In this document: piece by piece, positions 12,433 through 24,590 of the stretch
How positions within the stretch are numbered: the stretch's first letter is position 1
Layout of the letters: each line of letters opens with the position of its first letter
From: Gracilinanus agilis
Lineage: Eukaryota
DNA: 64,000 bases
Direction of reading: 5' to 3'
Assembly (NCBI RefSeq): GCF_016433145.1
Contig: NC_058130.1
Location: forward strand, 134,824,383 to 134,888,382
The notes under the pieces: model-generated
Databases searched by the model: none
Told to the model about the DNA's origin: nothing
Seen by the model: the letters and a program-made list of their open reading frames with translations, nothing else
Made by a program: the position numbers and the translations under genes

Positions 12433-12438
12433 AATAAA
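12433..12438 (+). terminator. PolyA signal, NOXO1
   Basis: First AATAAA after the NOXO1 stop at 12375. Confidence 0.75.
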
Positions 12439-13271
12439 GGAACCTCTCTAGGAGTTGTGCCAACAGAGCCTGCCTGCTTTCTTCCCTCCCAACCCCCAAA
12501 GGGAAGCCGCATAAGACACTCTCCCAAGGTACCCCTTTGTATTTCTGCCCCATTCATGGCCTCTCGGCATAGGTCCACAGCAACTCCAACTCCTCCATGA
12601 TTATTGGGCAGACCCGGTGAATTTGCACTCAGCTCCTGGAAATGTTCCACCTCCTGATCATCAATGAAGGCCAAGGGTGGTTCCCAACCATCCTTCTCTG
12701 GCTCCCAGTCTTTACTGTCTATCTGGTGCAGTACCAAAAACAATGCAACTTTTTCAGTCACTGGAAGCCAAGTTTAAACCCTGCTCTACAACTTTCAACC
12801 TCATCTCCCACCAGTTGTCTCCCTTAGAAAGGGAGAGGGCTGAATCTCGAGGGTGCCTTCTGGGGGATCTGGGCCTCACTGAGCTCCTAAGACACTCCAT
12901 GCCGGTGGTTTAGGTCTACTCCAGAGATCAGGGCCTACACCGTACATACATTTAAAGCAGAGGTTGCTACACTCATTTGCTGACTTCAAGTACACTCTCC
13001 CACTTCCCCAGGCCCTGGGGGGTGGGGGGGGTGGGGGCCCTGCTCCCAAAGCATGGTTTGGGTTCAATCAGGAAATGAAGAAGAAATAGGCATAGGCACA
13101 GGCACAGATGCACTGGACTGCTGCCCCTGAGTTGGGTCCATGTGTTGGGCATCTGGGACATGAATCCTGTGAGAGATGACCCCTTGGCTCAGGCAAGGGA
13201 GGGGTGAGACTGAAAAGAGAAAGGCTTCCAGGAGATTTGATAGACTTTTATACAAAATGTAGTTACAAAGG

Positions 13272-16200
13272 CTATAGGGTAGGGATGGCTGAAGTCTCGG
13301 GTAGCTTCATGGTCTGCCACAGAAAGTCCAAGAACATGGCGGCTTGCAGCGTCCGACCGATTCGCTGGAAGTGCCGCTCTGAGGAGGGAGGAAAAGGTGA
13401 GTGCAGGTTCTGTTCCCACTTCAGACTGAGCACCCCCCTCCCTCCCACAGGGGTCACAGTCTTCTCTCCACGGCCAGGAGTCACTCACCTGTGTAGGGCA
13501 GCAGTGCTTCCAGGGAAGCCTGGATCCCCTCGTAGGCCAGCAGCTCTTCAGGGCTCTCGTGCTGTAGTAGGACACCCAGCACAGCTTGGGCTTCGTGGCA
13601 ATGGCGGGAATTTGTGTTCCATGTGACCAAGAATCTCAACAGGGCCTCTGGGAAGGGGCAAGGGAAGAGGTAAGGGACCCACTCAGCCTCCTCCCTCCCT
13701 CATCATTGGCTCTGCTAGGCCTGGGTACTGACCTTTCTGGTCCTTCCGGAGCTTCAGCACCTTCTCCTCCAGCTTCTTCGGACCCTCAACATCCTTCAAG
13801 ATGGCTGTATGAGGCAGGGAGAACAAAAGCGCAGGCTTTACATTCACCTCCACTGTGATCACTCCCAGGGCGGTCCCCTCCCCATTCTGGTACTTTCTGA
13901 CCTTTGACAACTGTCAGCACAGTGTGCGGCCTGTCCAGAGAGATGGCCAGGCCCAGGGCTCGAAGGTACTGCTTCTCTTGTAGCAGGTTAGAGAGTTCCT
14001 GTTGCCTGAAACAGGAGAGAGTCAGTGGGGAAGGCCTGGGAGGCAGGAAGGTTCTGGTATGGCCAGGGGGACGCACAGGTTGCATCTGGGACTTACTTCA
14101 GGATCTGTTCCTCCTGCCTCGCCTGCTCTTCTGCCTGTTCTGTCTCAGTCACATCCTGGAAACAGAGCTGGTCAGCCCAGGGCAGGGGAGGCCGAGGAGA
14201 GCTATCCCATGCCCCGGGAGGCCCAGCTCTCACTCACCTTCCAGAGGAGGATCCGAGCATCACTGGCTCCAGTCACAACTGCTTCATCCTGCCGGTTGCA
14301 ATGCAGGCCCCACACCTTGTCCTCGTGCCCATCCAGTGTCCGCACACACTCATTGGTCTTTATGGTCCACAGTTTGAGCAGGCCATCTGAGCCACTGCAA
14401 TGACCAGGAGGGGAGTCACACCAGAGCCCTGGGTCAGACCTCCCAGACAAGCATTCCTGCCTTGGTCCCCAGCCCCAACACACCTGGACAGCAGCTGTGT
14501 CCCTCGGCTCACAAAGGTTACTCTCAGCACTGATGCATCATGACCCTCAAATGTCTGGGAAAGAGAAAGAGAGAACAGGCCCCAGAGTGGAGTCAGGGCC
14601 CAGACCCCACTTCAGGGGACCTCTGAGGGATGGGGCTGAGAAGCATCTACCTTGAGGCAACTAAAGTCTTGGAGCCCCCAGAGCTTCAGGGAGCCATCGG
14701 CGGAGGCGGTAGCCAGCACCTGGTCCATGGGGGAAAACTGAACACACCACACGCCTCGCCGGTGGCCAGAGAAGACACCCAGCAGGGAAAAGTCAGGCAG
14801 GGACCACAGCTTAGCCGTTCGGTCCTGGGAACCTGATGCCAACAGCTTGTCATTTGGAGACACGGCCACACTGTTAATATCCTAGGAACAGAAGAGAAAG
14901 GATGACTCGGGCTGGGGCAGTGACGACAGATCCTCCCAGCCTCCAGACCTGCTGTTACCTTGTCATGAGCCCGCTGGGTGGCCTGAGCCTGTAGAGGAAA
15001 AGGGTCGCAGTTGGGGTCTTTGGTCATTTTCTTGGATGTTACGGGCTCGGGAAGGGGCCACAGCTTTATGGTGCAGTCCTGGCTCCCAGTTACCAGGAAG
15101 GTTTCCTTTAGCCTGACACCAAGAGATGACAATTCATGACACCTTTCGCATTGGTAGCCTCTTCTCTATTTCACAGCCTTCACCCTAACCCACGTCACAT
15201 ATTCTCACCCCAGAACTACTGCACCAGGCTCCCAAGTCCTATCCTTGCCTTTATCTGCCTTACATTGCTCTGATGGGAGCCTTAAAGGATAACAACAACA
15301 ATAACAATAGTATTTATATAGCACTTTAAGATTCATAAATTATTTTACAAATATCATTTCATTTTAGCTTCACAACCACTCTGGGAGATAAGGGCTATTA
15401 TCAGCTGTATTTTACAGATGAGGAAACTGAGGCATATAGGTTAAATAACTTGCTCAGGACCACTGAGCCAGGATCTGAATTCAGATCTAGCTCTCTACCT
15501 ACTGCTTAGCCTGGCCTCAACGGGTCTCTCAAATTCCTACATCCTAGCAAAGTCAGAAAACTCACTACTTCTGAATATGCAGTGGTGGCAACTTTCTGGC
15601 TCCAGTTTTGTTTGAATCATTTGTTCCTTCCTGAGATGCAAAACTCCTTCATCTCCTTCCTCTTTGCCTAGCTAGAGTTCTAAACCCAGCACCAGCCTCC
15701 TTGCCCCCACTTTCTGCAAAGAGATTCCCTGACCAGACTGACCCAGGCCATGACAGCTTCACTCTTAATGAGAGAGGGAAGCAATGGGCAGGGATAGAAG
15801 CAGGCCCCTGATATTTCTGAAATCCTGTCTTTCTCACTAGTTAGCATTAGTTAAGTATGAACGATAAAATTTGTTTTATTATATTAATCAGCTAACCATT
15901 CTGTATAGGTAATTATCTGTACTGGTTCTGTTCTGTATACCAGCTTTGCACTGTTGTGTATCATTAATCACCTTTTAACGTTCCATATTTACCTCAGTTG
16001 TGAACCATTAGGCATTATTAAACACCTACAGTGGTTGGCTACTGTACTGCGTCCTCCCTATGTTCCCATCTTTGACAAAGGCATCCAGGAGGCGAGATGC
16101 CTCTGACACTGACAAATGATGGCAGGTGGGACAATGTGGGAAACATGGGATATGCACACTAAGGGCTCTGGCAGTCCAGAAGAATCCCCCAAACATGCAG

Positions 16201-19200
16201 ATGCTCCTTATTCCCTTTCTGGTGTCCTCAAGATAACTTATTGATGTGTCAGTCCCAAAACCACAGCTCTCTCTGGATTTGGACCTGCCTTCTCTATTCC
16301 CATTTTCAGGAGTTTTTAGCCTGTACTGACCCATAATGCACAGGGGTGGGATATTCTGGGAAAGATTTTCCCTGGAATGGAAGATGACGAGCCCCAGACA
16401 CTCAATAAATATGCATATCCTGATCCAGACCTTGGGCTACTCCATCAGTTCCAGAACTATTCCATCAGCTCTTAGGTTATTATACGATCTTAAAAACCTC
16501 TTTTCATATTTCTGGAATGAACAGAAGTTTTGTGGCTCCCATTCTTGGGGAGAGATCCTGCTACAAACTTGGGTGTTTCTGACAACATTAGAATCCCTGT
16601 GTCTACAGCCCTTATTGTCCTGTTTTCTCCATGTTTAAGCTCTGACTCTCTACAGGCAAAGAGCTCTCTCTGAGGGCAGGGGCAATGCCTGCTTGCTGCT
16701 TTTGGGTCCTCAGATTATGAGCTCCCAAAGGAAAGGCCCAGGGTGAGTTTCTGTTCCAACTGTGAATTCCCAGAACATGGGGAGGGTTGAGGAGGCAGGA
16801 TGAACTTGACTGCTCTTAGAGCCTAATGGATTTGTCCTGGGGCTCAGGGATATTACCTGGAGCAACTGATGGTGCCTATGCTGTGCGTGTGGCCAGAGCC
16901 ATGGGCTATGCAATGCACCTTCCCAGTGGCATTCATTCTCCATATGCGCACACTCTGGTCCTGAGATGAGGGGATGTGGAGAAAGTAAAGGGTTGTTGGT
17001 TAACACAGGGAGCCAAAGCAGAGGTTTATCTCCTTTCTCCCCATCTCCCTGTCTCTCCACAGGACAGATCTCACCTTGGCACAGCTGGTAAAGAGCCTGC
17101 CCTTCCGGAAAACATCCAAAGCCAGGACTATGTCTGTAGGGACAAAAGGAACTGGAAATTAGAGCTTAGGCTCAGATAGGACTATAGAGATCTAATTCAA
17201 CTGCTTTGCTTTACACATAAGGAACCTGAGGCTCACAAAACGTAAATGAATTGCTCAAGGCTGCACAAGTTGACAAGCAGAAAAGTTGGGATTTGGACCC
17301 AGTCACCTATGACTTCAAATTCAGTGCATTTTTTAGCACTAAAAGGCTTTCAGGGTGCATCCACAAACATCAATGAGATATCCTTGCTACTGTTTGTAAG
17401 GGAAGCTTCAAAGTCTGGAGGAACTCTGGAGCCCTGGATCAGGGATCAGAATTCTGGGGAAATGAGAGGGTCAAAGGTGACTCAGCAGAACTAGGGAGAG
17501 TAGATCAGACCTTACCGGTATGCCCACATAGGATCTGGCAATCAGACGTTTCCAGCTCAAACACTTTCAGTCGGGGGCTATTTGTGGCAACAACAATGTG
17601 GGAATCTTCAGGACCCAGGAACCTCACGTCCAACACATCCTCATTATAGCCAGCAAACTAGAAAAGGAGAGAAGCAATTAATGTCAGGAATACCAGCCCC
17701 TATCTCTCCATCCCTTCACCACCATCTAGAATACAGGATACTGGGAAGCATGGATAGAATACAGGATTTGAGGGCAGTGGCCATAAAGGTCAGAAAGTAC
17801 TCACCTGTTTATGAAGGCGAAGGTTGTGGGCATCATAAAGGAGGATGTTGTGCTCAGCTGTGACAGCCATGATCAGCCCAGCAGTTGGGACCAGGGCACA
17901 GTGTGTGATCTCTCGCCCAGGGCCACCTTCACCAGCAATAGGTTTCTGGGTATGCACACAGTTCCCAGATTCAACCTCCCATATCCGAAGCACTCCTGGA
18001 CCAGACATAGACACATAAGAAATATTTCAGACACAGGGAAAAGCAGATCAGAGATGGAGACAGCTGGATGACGTTGGGGATGAAAGCAGGATATCACCAA
18101 TCCTAGGACATGAAGAGGAGCAGTCCCTGTTGCCCTCTAGCCCCTCACTCGCCTCGATCTCCAGCTGTGAGTAGATGCAGCCCTGGGGTGTTCATGCCCA
18201 ATTCAGGATCCCCTCCTTTTGGAAGCAGCACCACAGACTCCACACTCTAGGAGGAAGAAGACCAGGACAGGCAGTCAGTCAGTTACTCACCATCTGATCC
18301 CAGGTCTCTCTCCCCCTCCCACTAACCTAGACTCACCTCAAAAACAGGGACTGTCTTCACTGAGGTCCGAGTCTTCAAATCCCACACAGTACAGATCTTG
18401 TCCCGGCCAGAACTATTAGGAAAATATGTGGGCCTGGTCAGTCCCCGAGCATGCCCGGCACCCAACCCATCCCCTTGTGTCCAGAAACGAGGACCTCCCC
18501 TTCCCAAACCCAAGATCCAAATATAAGGCTCTTCCTGAGTCACTAACCTGACCATGGTGTGGCCATCATCACTGAAGGCCAGTGAAGTGACTGTGCTGTA
18601 GTGACTGCTCAGCATGGCCAGGCAGGCTCCAGCCTGAAGACCCCAGACACGGATAGTGCAGTCCATGGCCGAAGAGAAGAGCAACAGCTGCTCAGGGTCT
18701 GGGTGGAAGGCCAAAAGGCTGGGGATGGTCAGACAGGGGTCACCCAACTCTGGCTCTTTCCAGATTCTTGAGTCTGAGCCCCAATTCCTCCAATTTCCAA
18801 TTCTGATGACCCCATCTTGTAAAATGAGTTGAACCAAGGAAGGCTAGGTGGCTCAATGGACAGAGAGCCAGGCTTGGAGATGGGAGATCCTGGGTTCAAA
18901 TCTGGCCTTAGGCACTTCCTAGCAGGATGACCCTGGACAACTCACTTAACCCCAATTGCTTAGTCCTTGCCACTCTTCTGCCATGGAACCAATACATAGT
19001 ATTGAATCTAGGATGGAACATAAGGTTTAAAAAAAAATTTTTTTTTTAATTGGTTGAACTTAGGACTTACTGGACAACTCCAGGAGAGCCACGTAGGTGG
19101 TGGGTCCCATATCTTCGTTCCAAGTCCCAGACACGAACTGCTCCATCACAGCCACCTGAAGGGACAGAGAAAGAGTGGAACTGGGTCTCAAAATGAGAAG

Positions 19201-22200
19201 AGACATACAGGCTTGGAACTTAGGCCTCCCCAACTTCTTGAGAGTACATTTTGTTTTGATTGCCATTCATGTCTTATCAAACTCTGATCCTGGACTGACT
19301 TCGATTATTCCCCGCCTCCATTTTTTTTAACAGTTACTTTTTATCTTAGAATTAATACTAAGAATTGGTTCCAAGACAGAAGAGTGATAAGGGATAGGCA
19401 ATTAGGATTAAGTGACTTATCCAGGGTCATATACCTAGCAAGTATCTGAAAGTCACACTTGAACCTAGTACTTTTAGTCTCTAGGTCTAGTCCTTTTGAC
19501 TCATCATTCTTTTGGACCTTCCTCTTTCTCTATATCTCACAACTCTTTGATATCACTCCCTACTCTATTCTGATGAAAAGATGGACTCTCCTCATCCTCT
19601 CTCATCTCCTTTAGCATAATGCTTCCCTCCTTTAATTTCTTACTTATTGGCTCCTTTCCTAATGCCTACAAATATGCCCAAGTCTCTTAACCTAAAACCC
19701 TCACCAGTTTCTACTACTTCCTCAAACTATTATTCTGTATCTTCTTTTCCCAATCAAACTCTTGGAAAATGCTGCCTACACTCCCTTCCTTCCCATGTAC
19801 TTTTTAGTTTGAAATCTGGTTCCCCAAGCTCATCATTCAAGTGAAACTGCTTTCTCCAAAAGTCATCAACAATCTTCTAATCAACAAATCTGAAAATCTT
19901 TTTCCTCCTCAATCCTTACCTTTCCTGACTTCTCTGCGGCATGACACTATTGACCACCTTTTCTTCCAGGATATTCTCTCTTTCTTCTTTTCTCTCTTGG
20001 TTCACCACCTACCCTGTGTGATCTTCCCTTTTCAGTCTCTTTTGTTGGCTGACCATCTATATCACACCCCAAGATGGTGAATGGTCCCCAAGGCTCTATC
20101 CTATAACTTAGAATCTTCTCTACATCTTTTCTCTTAATGACTTCATTGGCTCACTTGGATATCTTTTATCATTCCTCTGCTGAAGCTTTTAAGATCTAAT
20201 ATATACAACTCTAGTCTCTCTTCAGAGTCTAATACCACATTACCAACTGTCAGACATTTCGAACTGTTGTCTAGTGAGCACTTCAAACTCACTATATTCA
20301 AAAGAGCACTGGTAATCTCTGCATCCCCCATTCATCCCTCTTCTGAACTTCCCCATTTGGTTATTATTTTTTATTTTAATAACAAATTTCCATATGAGTT
20401 TTCCAAAGTTATATGATCCAAATTGTCTCTCTCCCTTCTTCTCTCCCCCCTCCTGGAGCTGATAAACAATTTGATCTGGGTTACACATGTTTTATCACAT
20501 AAAACATTTCCATATGAACTTCCTTATTTTGGCTAATAATACCACCATCTTTCCCCAAGCTGCAACTTCAGTATATACCTCAGTTTCTTATTTTCCTTCA
20601 CATCCTGTTGCTAAATCTTGATTCTCCCTCCAAAACACATCTGCCATCCATCCATTTCTAATTCATGCAGTCACTAACCTGGTTAAGGGAATCATCATGT
20701 TTCCCCTGGACTATCAAACTATCATGAGAGCTCTCTAATTAGTCTTAATGTACTGATTCTCCCTACTCTTAATTCTCCACCTAGTTTCTAAAATTATTTT
20801 CCTAAGTACAGATCTGATATCATATTTGTCCTCAATAACTCCAGTTGTTCCCCCTTGCTTCAAAGACCAAATATAAATCTATTTGTCGCTTTTTAAATGA
20901 CCCTTTACAAACTAGCTCAACCTACCTCTCCTCCTTTGTTCATATTATTCTCTTTGGAAAATTCTATTTCTGGCCATTCTTTTGACAGGACACTATCTTT
21001 TGTCTCTTTGCCTTGGCACTGGCTAACCTCTATGCCCAAAATGTACTCCCTCCTAACCTTTGACTCTTAATATCCCTAATTATATTCAAGGTTTCCATCT
21101 TCTACATGAAACCTTTTCTGATATCTCCAGCTGCTAGTGTCTTCTCTCCAAAATTGCCTTGCATATATCTACACACTATATTCCCTGTCTAGACCAAAAA
21201 CTCTAAAAACATAGACTTCTGTCTTTGTTGTTTCCAGCACCTATTACAGTACCCAGCACACAGCAAGTGTTTGATAAATGAGTATTGACTGATTACCTGT
21301 GGCTAGCAGTGTGGATGTTGGGTCAAAAGCCATGGAGGCCACAGGTGCTGTGTGTATAGCTTTCCAAACTCGGGTGGCATTGCCCTCACGCCAGGCCCAC
21401 TGAGTTAGTAATAATGCACGGCTCCCAGTCACTAAGATCTGGGAAAGAAAGGATAGGGGTTAGGATCAGGAATCTCAGAAGCAATTTCCCTTTTCACCCT
21501 CTTCCCTCCTCATACCTCATTGTTGGGGCTGAGATCAAAGGCTGTGATGATCTCTTGATCATCCTGAGGAAGAAACAGGCACATATGACACAAGTAGAAG
21601 AGAGATGTGGGAAAGAAAAGGAATGTATATTAGAATAAGAACAATAATAGCTAACATTTATATTGCACTTTGGGCAGCTAGGTAGCACAGTGGATAGAGC
21701 ACCAGGCTTAAAGTAAAAAAAGAGTTCAAATCTGGTCCTATACACTTACTACCTGGTATGTGACCATGGGCAAGTCATTTAACCCTATTTGCCTTACTTA
21801 ATTTCGTATGTAAAATGAGCTGGACAGCAAACTATTCCAGAATCTTTGCGGAAAAAAAAGAAACAAAAAACCCCCAAACAAACAAAAACCACCTCAATTG
21901 GGGTCGTAGTCAGACATGATTAAATGACTATACAGCATACAAAAATATTGCACTTTATATGTTACTTCACTGGAATATCGCAGTGACCCTGTGAAGTGAC
22001 TATTGCTATTGTTCCTATTTTACGACCCAGGACACTGAGGCTAAATGAGGGCTGGAAGGACTCTCCCTTATCGCTGATCAGGCTCTTCAGACGAACCGGC
22101 CCCCTCACCTGCTGAAAGGTCCTTAAGAGATTCCCAGAAGTGGCGTCCACAACATTGACTCCGGAGCCGCAGACACAGAAAAGGAGCTGTCCATCTTGGG

Positions 22201-22560
22201 ACGCCTGTGGGAGAAGGGGAAAATGAGAGGAGTGGGGACCCTCGCCCCTCCCCCCTAGACACCGAAGCTCCAGTCCCCAGACAGTGGGCCTCTACCGCCC
22301 CAGGGCTCTTACCTGGACTTTCCCTCCTTTGTAGAACGGTTCGATTCGCCGTTGCACCGCGTAACTGCGAAGAGAGGAAAGGACACGTTGGGGGTCCAGC
22401 CGACTTCGGCGCCTGGGCCTACCGTCCCCGCCCCCTCTCCTGGGCCCCGTCCGTAAGCCCCCTCCTCCTCAATGAAGGATCAGCTTAGTCCAGATCAGCC
22501 CCCGCCTCACTTGCTCTTAAAGCGCAGGCCGCGGGCCCCGCTCCCGGCAGTCTCGGCCAT
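13272..22560 (-). CDS. TBL3: Transducin beta-like 3 (UTP13, WD40 SSU-processome protein), 22 coding exons, 807 aa
   Basis: Exons 5'->3': 22560-22511, 22364-22313, 22204-22109, 21563-21516, 21438-21297, 19155-19071, 18718-18548, 18412-18337, 18246-18153, 17995-17805, 17657-17516, 17133-17075, 16960-16857, 15112-14959, 14881-14651, 14554-14484, 14394-14238, 14155-14097, 14005-13902, 13804-13733, 13647-13489, 13378-13272. Total 2424 nt, open. Contains MAETAGS..RFKSNYAV, WD repeats (GSQDRTAKLW, GHRRGVWCVQFSP) and the Utp13 C-terminal domain (WNTNSRHCHEAQ). Intron 9 is GC-AG. Confidence 0.97.
18836..19040 (+). mobile_element. SINE1_Mdo-like SINE
   Basis: Consensus head, body and A tail. Confidence 0.8.
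19500..21290 (+). mobile_element. L2 LINE fragment in TBL3 intron 5, with a small L1 3' insert at ~20365-20520
   Basis: L2-like blocks (TGACACTATTGACCAC, CCCCAAGGCTCTATCCT, AGTACAGATCTGAT) and an L2 3' end (CCCAGCACACAGCAAGTG..TTGACTGAT). Boundaries approximate. Confidence 0.65.
21672..21960 (+). mobile_element. MAR1-like CORE-SINE
   Basis: GGGCAGCTAGGTAGCACAGTGGATAGAGC..CORE domain..AAACTATTCCAGAATCTTTGC..GACATGATTAAATGAC. Confidence 0.7.
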
Positions 22561-22930
22561 CCTGGCCACGGCCCGGCCCCGCCTGCGGCTGCCCGGCGAC
22601 GGAACGCCAACGCCGGCACGTGTAGCGGAGTGGAAAAAAGTGGGGCTCCTGCTTCCGGCGCGCCATGATGGCGTCAGAGGCTTACGTCACCGGGGCGGAG
22701 CTAGATTATTTCCGGATGTTACCTATGGTTGGGAGGAGGCACTGTTTCGTAGGGGACCTAACCTCTGCGAAGTAGACTGCCCTTGTGGGGTGAGGTGTAG
22801 ACAGACTAGTGTATATGATGGTTGAGGAAGATTCTCTGGGCAATAGAGATAGAGCAGGGGTGGCGACGGTGGTTTAGTTTCGTGGAATTGTAGACCCTCC
22901 CGAGCTCCAAACTACTTCTCCATCTCAGGG
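22300..22930. promoter_or_regulatory. TBL3 CpG-island promoter
   Basis: CpG-dense. Carries ETS-like CTTCCGG/TTTCCGG, YY1-like ATGGCG, CRE-like TTACGTCA, GC box GGGGCGGAG, and ZNF143/SBS-like TGGAATTGTAG (22883) and ACTACTTCTCCCA (22911). Confidence 0.75.
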
Positions 22931-23886
22931 CTTGACCTCGGACATCCCTCTCGGCCCACAACTTTCAGTTCTTCAGAGCTCTAGCTCTAGAGGAAGCAAA
23001 CCCCGAGTTCCACTAGTTTAGAGGGAGTCCTCAACTAGTAAAGACACCGGAGAGAGCCCTGAGATCGGCTAGTTTAGACACTAGAGGGAGCCCCGAGTTC
23101 GAACCCTACTTTAAACACTTAACTGCTTAGCACAGTGCTTGCTTGGTACATAGGTCCTTAATACATGTTCATGGACTTGTTATGTAGACTGACTACATGA
23201 CCCTAGGCAAATCACGGAATCTCTCAGAACTTCAATTTTTTTTTAAATTTTATTTATTTTAAATTTTTTCCATATTTACATGATTCATTTTCTTTCCCTC
23301 CCTTCTTCCTTCCCCCTTCCCAGAGCCGAAAAGCAATTCCACTGGGTTGTACAAATATTGTCTGAACTTCAATTTTCTCATCTATATAAAGAAGATAATA
23401 GTACCTCACAGGGTTGCGGTAAGATTCAAATAAGATAACCCATATGAAGTACTTTGTAAACTTTAAAAAACTATAGAAATGCTCTTTCTCCTCTATTCTA
23501 GTCTCACTTCATCAGTTCTAGGCTCTCAACCCTTTCCAGGTCTCCCAGTCTCCCTCTTCTGGCCTGTACAATCTGAAGAGATGGAAGGGGGCTTCAAGAC
23601 CAGAGGTTATCTGTGAGATAACTAGTATCCTACCGGAATTGGAGTAGGACAAGTGGTAGTTATTCAGTTTCTACTTGAAGAATTCATGAGATCAGTTTCA
23701 GGGGACTTTTGATGAAACATGTTGCCACACCAATTAAGAGTTGATGGCTTCAAGGTGCAGGTAGAAATATTTATTTATGCAAAGATTTTGTTTTCCTTGA
23801 CTATGCATATTTGTTACAAGGATTTTATATTTCTTTTTTCAGTAGGAGAAAGGGAAAGGAGAGATAGGAGGGGAAAAGGCATATTT

Positions 23887-24590
23887 TTGCTATTTTTTAA
23901 AAAATTTTTAATCATTTATTAATATTCATTTTTAACATGGTTACATGATTCATGCTCCTACTTTCCCCTCCTCCCCCNNNNNNNNNNNNNNNNNNNNNNN
24001 NNNNNNNNNNNNNNNNNNNNNNNNNNNNNNNNNNNNNNNNNNNNNNNNNNNNNNNNNNNNNNNNNNNNNNNNNNNNNNNNNNNNNNNNNNNNNNNNNNNN
24101 NNNNNNNNNNNNNNNNNNNNNNNNNNNNNNNNNNNNNNNNNNNNNNNNNNNNNNNNNNNNNNNNNNNNNNNNNNNNNNNNNNNNNNNNNNNNNNNNNNNN
24201 NNNNNNNNNNNNNNNNNNNNNNNNNNNNNNNNNNNNNNNNNNNNNNNNNNNNNNNNNNNNNNNNNNNNNNNNNNNNNNNNNNNNNNNNNNNNNNNNNNNN
24301 NNNNNNNNNNNNNNNNNNNNNNNNNNNNNNNNNNNNNNNNNNNNNNNNNNNNNNNNNNNNNNNNNNNNNNNNNNTCATTTTTATTATGTTAGCTCGTCCT
24401 ACCCATGAACAATTAATGGCTTTCCAATTGTTGAGATCCAGTTTTATTTGTTTGGAAAGTGTTTTGTAGTTGTTTTCGTATAATAGCTGTGTTTGTTTTG
24501 TTAGATAGATTTCCAAGTATTTTATATTGTCTAGGGTGATTTTAAATGGTGTTTCTCTTTCTACCTCTTGCTGCTGTGATGTGTTGGAAT
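23887..24590 (-). mobile_element. L1 fragment(s) spanning an assembly gap
   Basis: L1 3' end left of the gap. Right of it is ORF2 RT-region peptide YENNYKTLSKQIKLDLNNWKAINCSWVGRANIIKM. Confidence 0.8.
23978..24374. other. Assembly gap (N run)
   Basis: 397 N. Confidence 0.99.

Noticed and set aside
23945-24516. ORFs of 146-188 aa
   Set aside because: Run through N; the real part is L1 ORF2.
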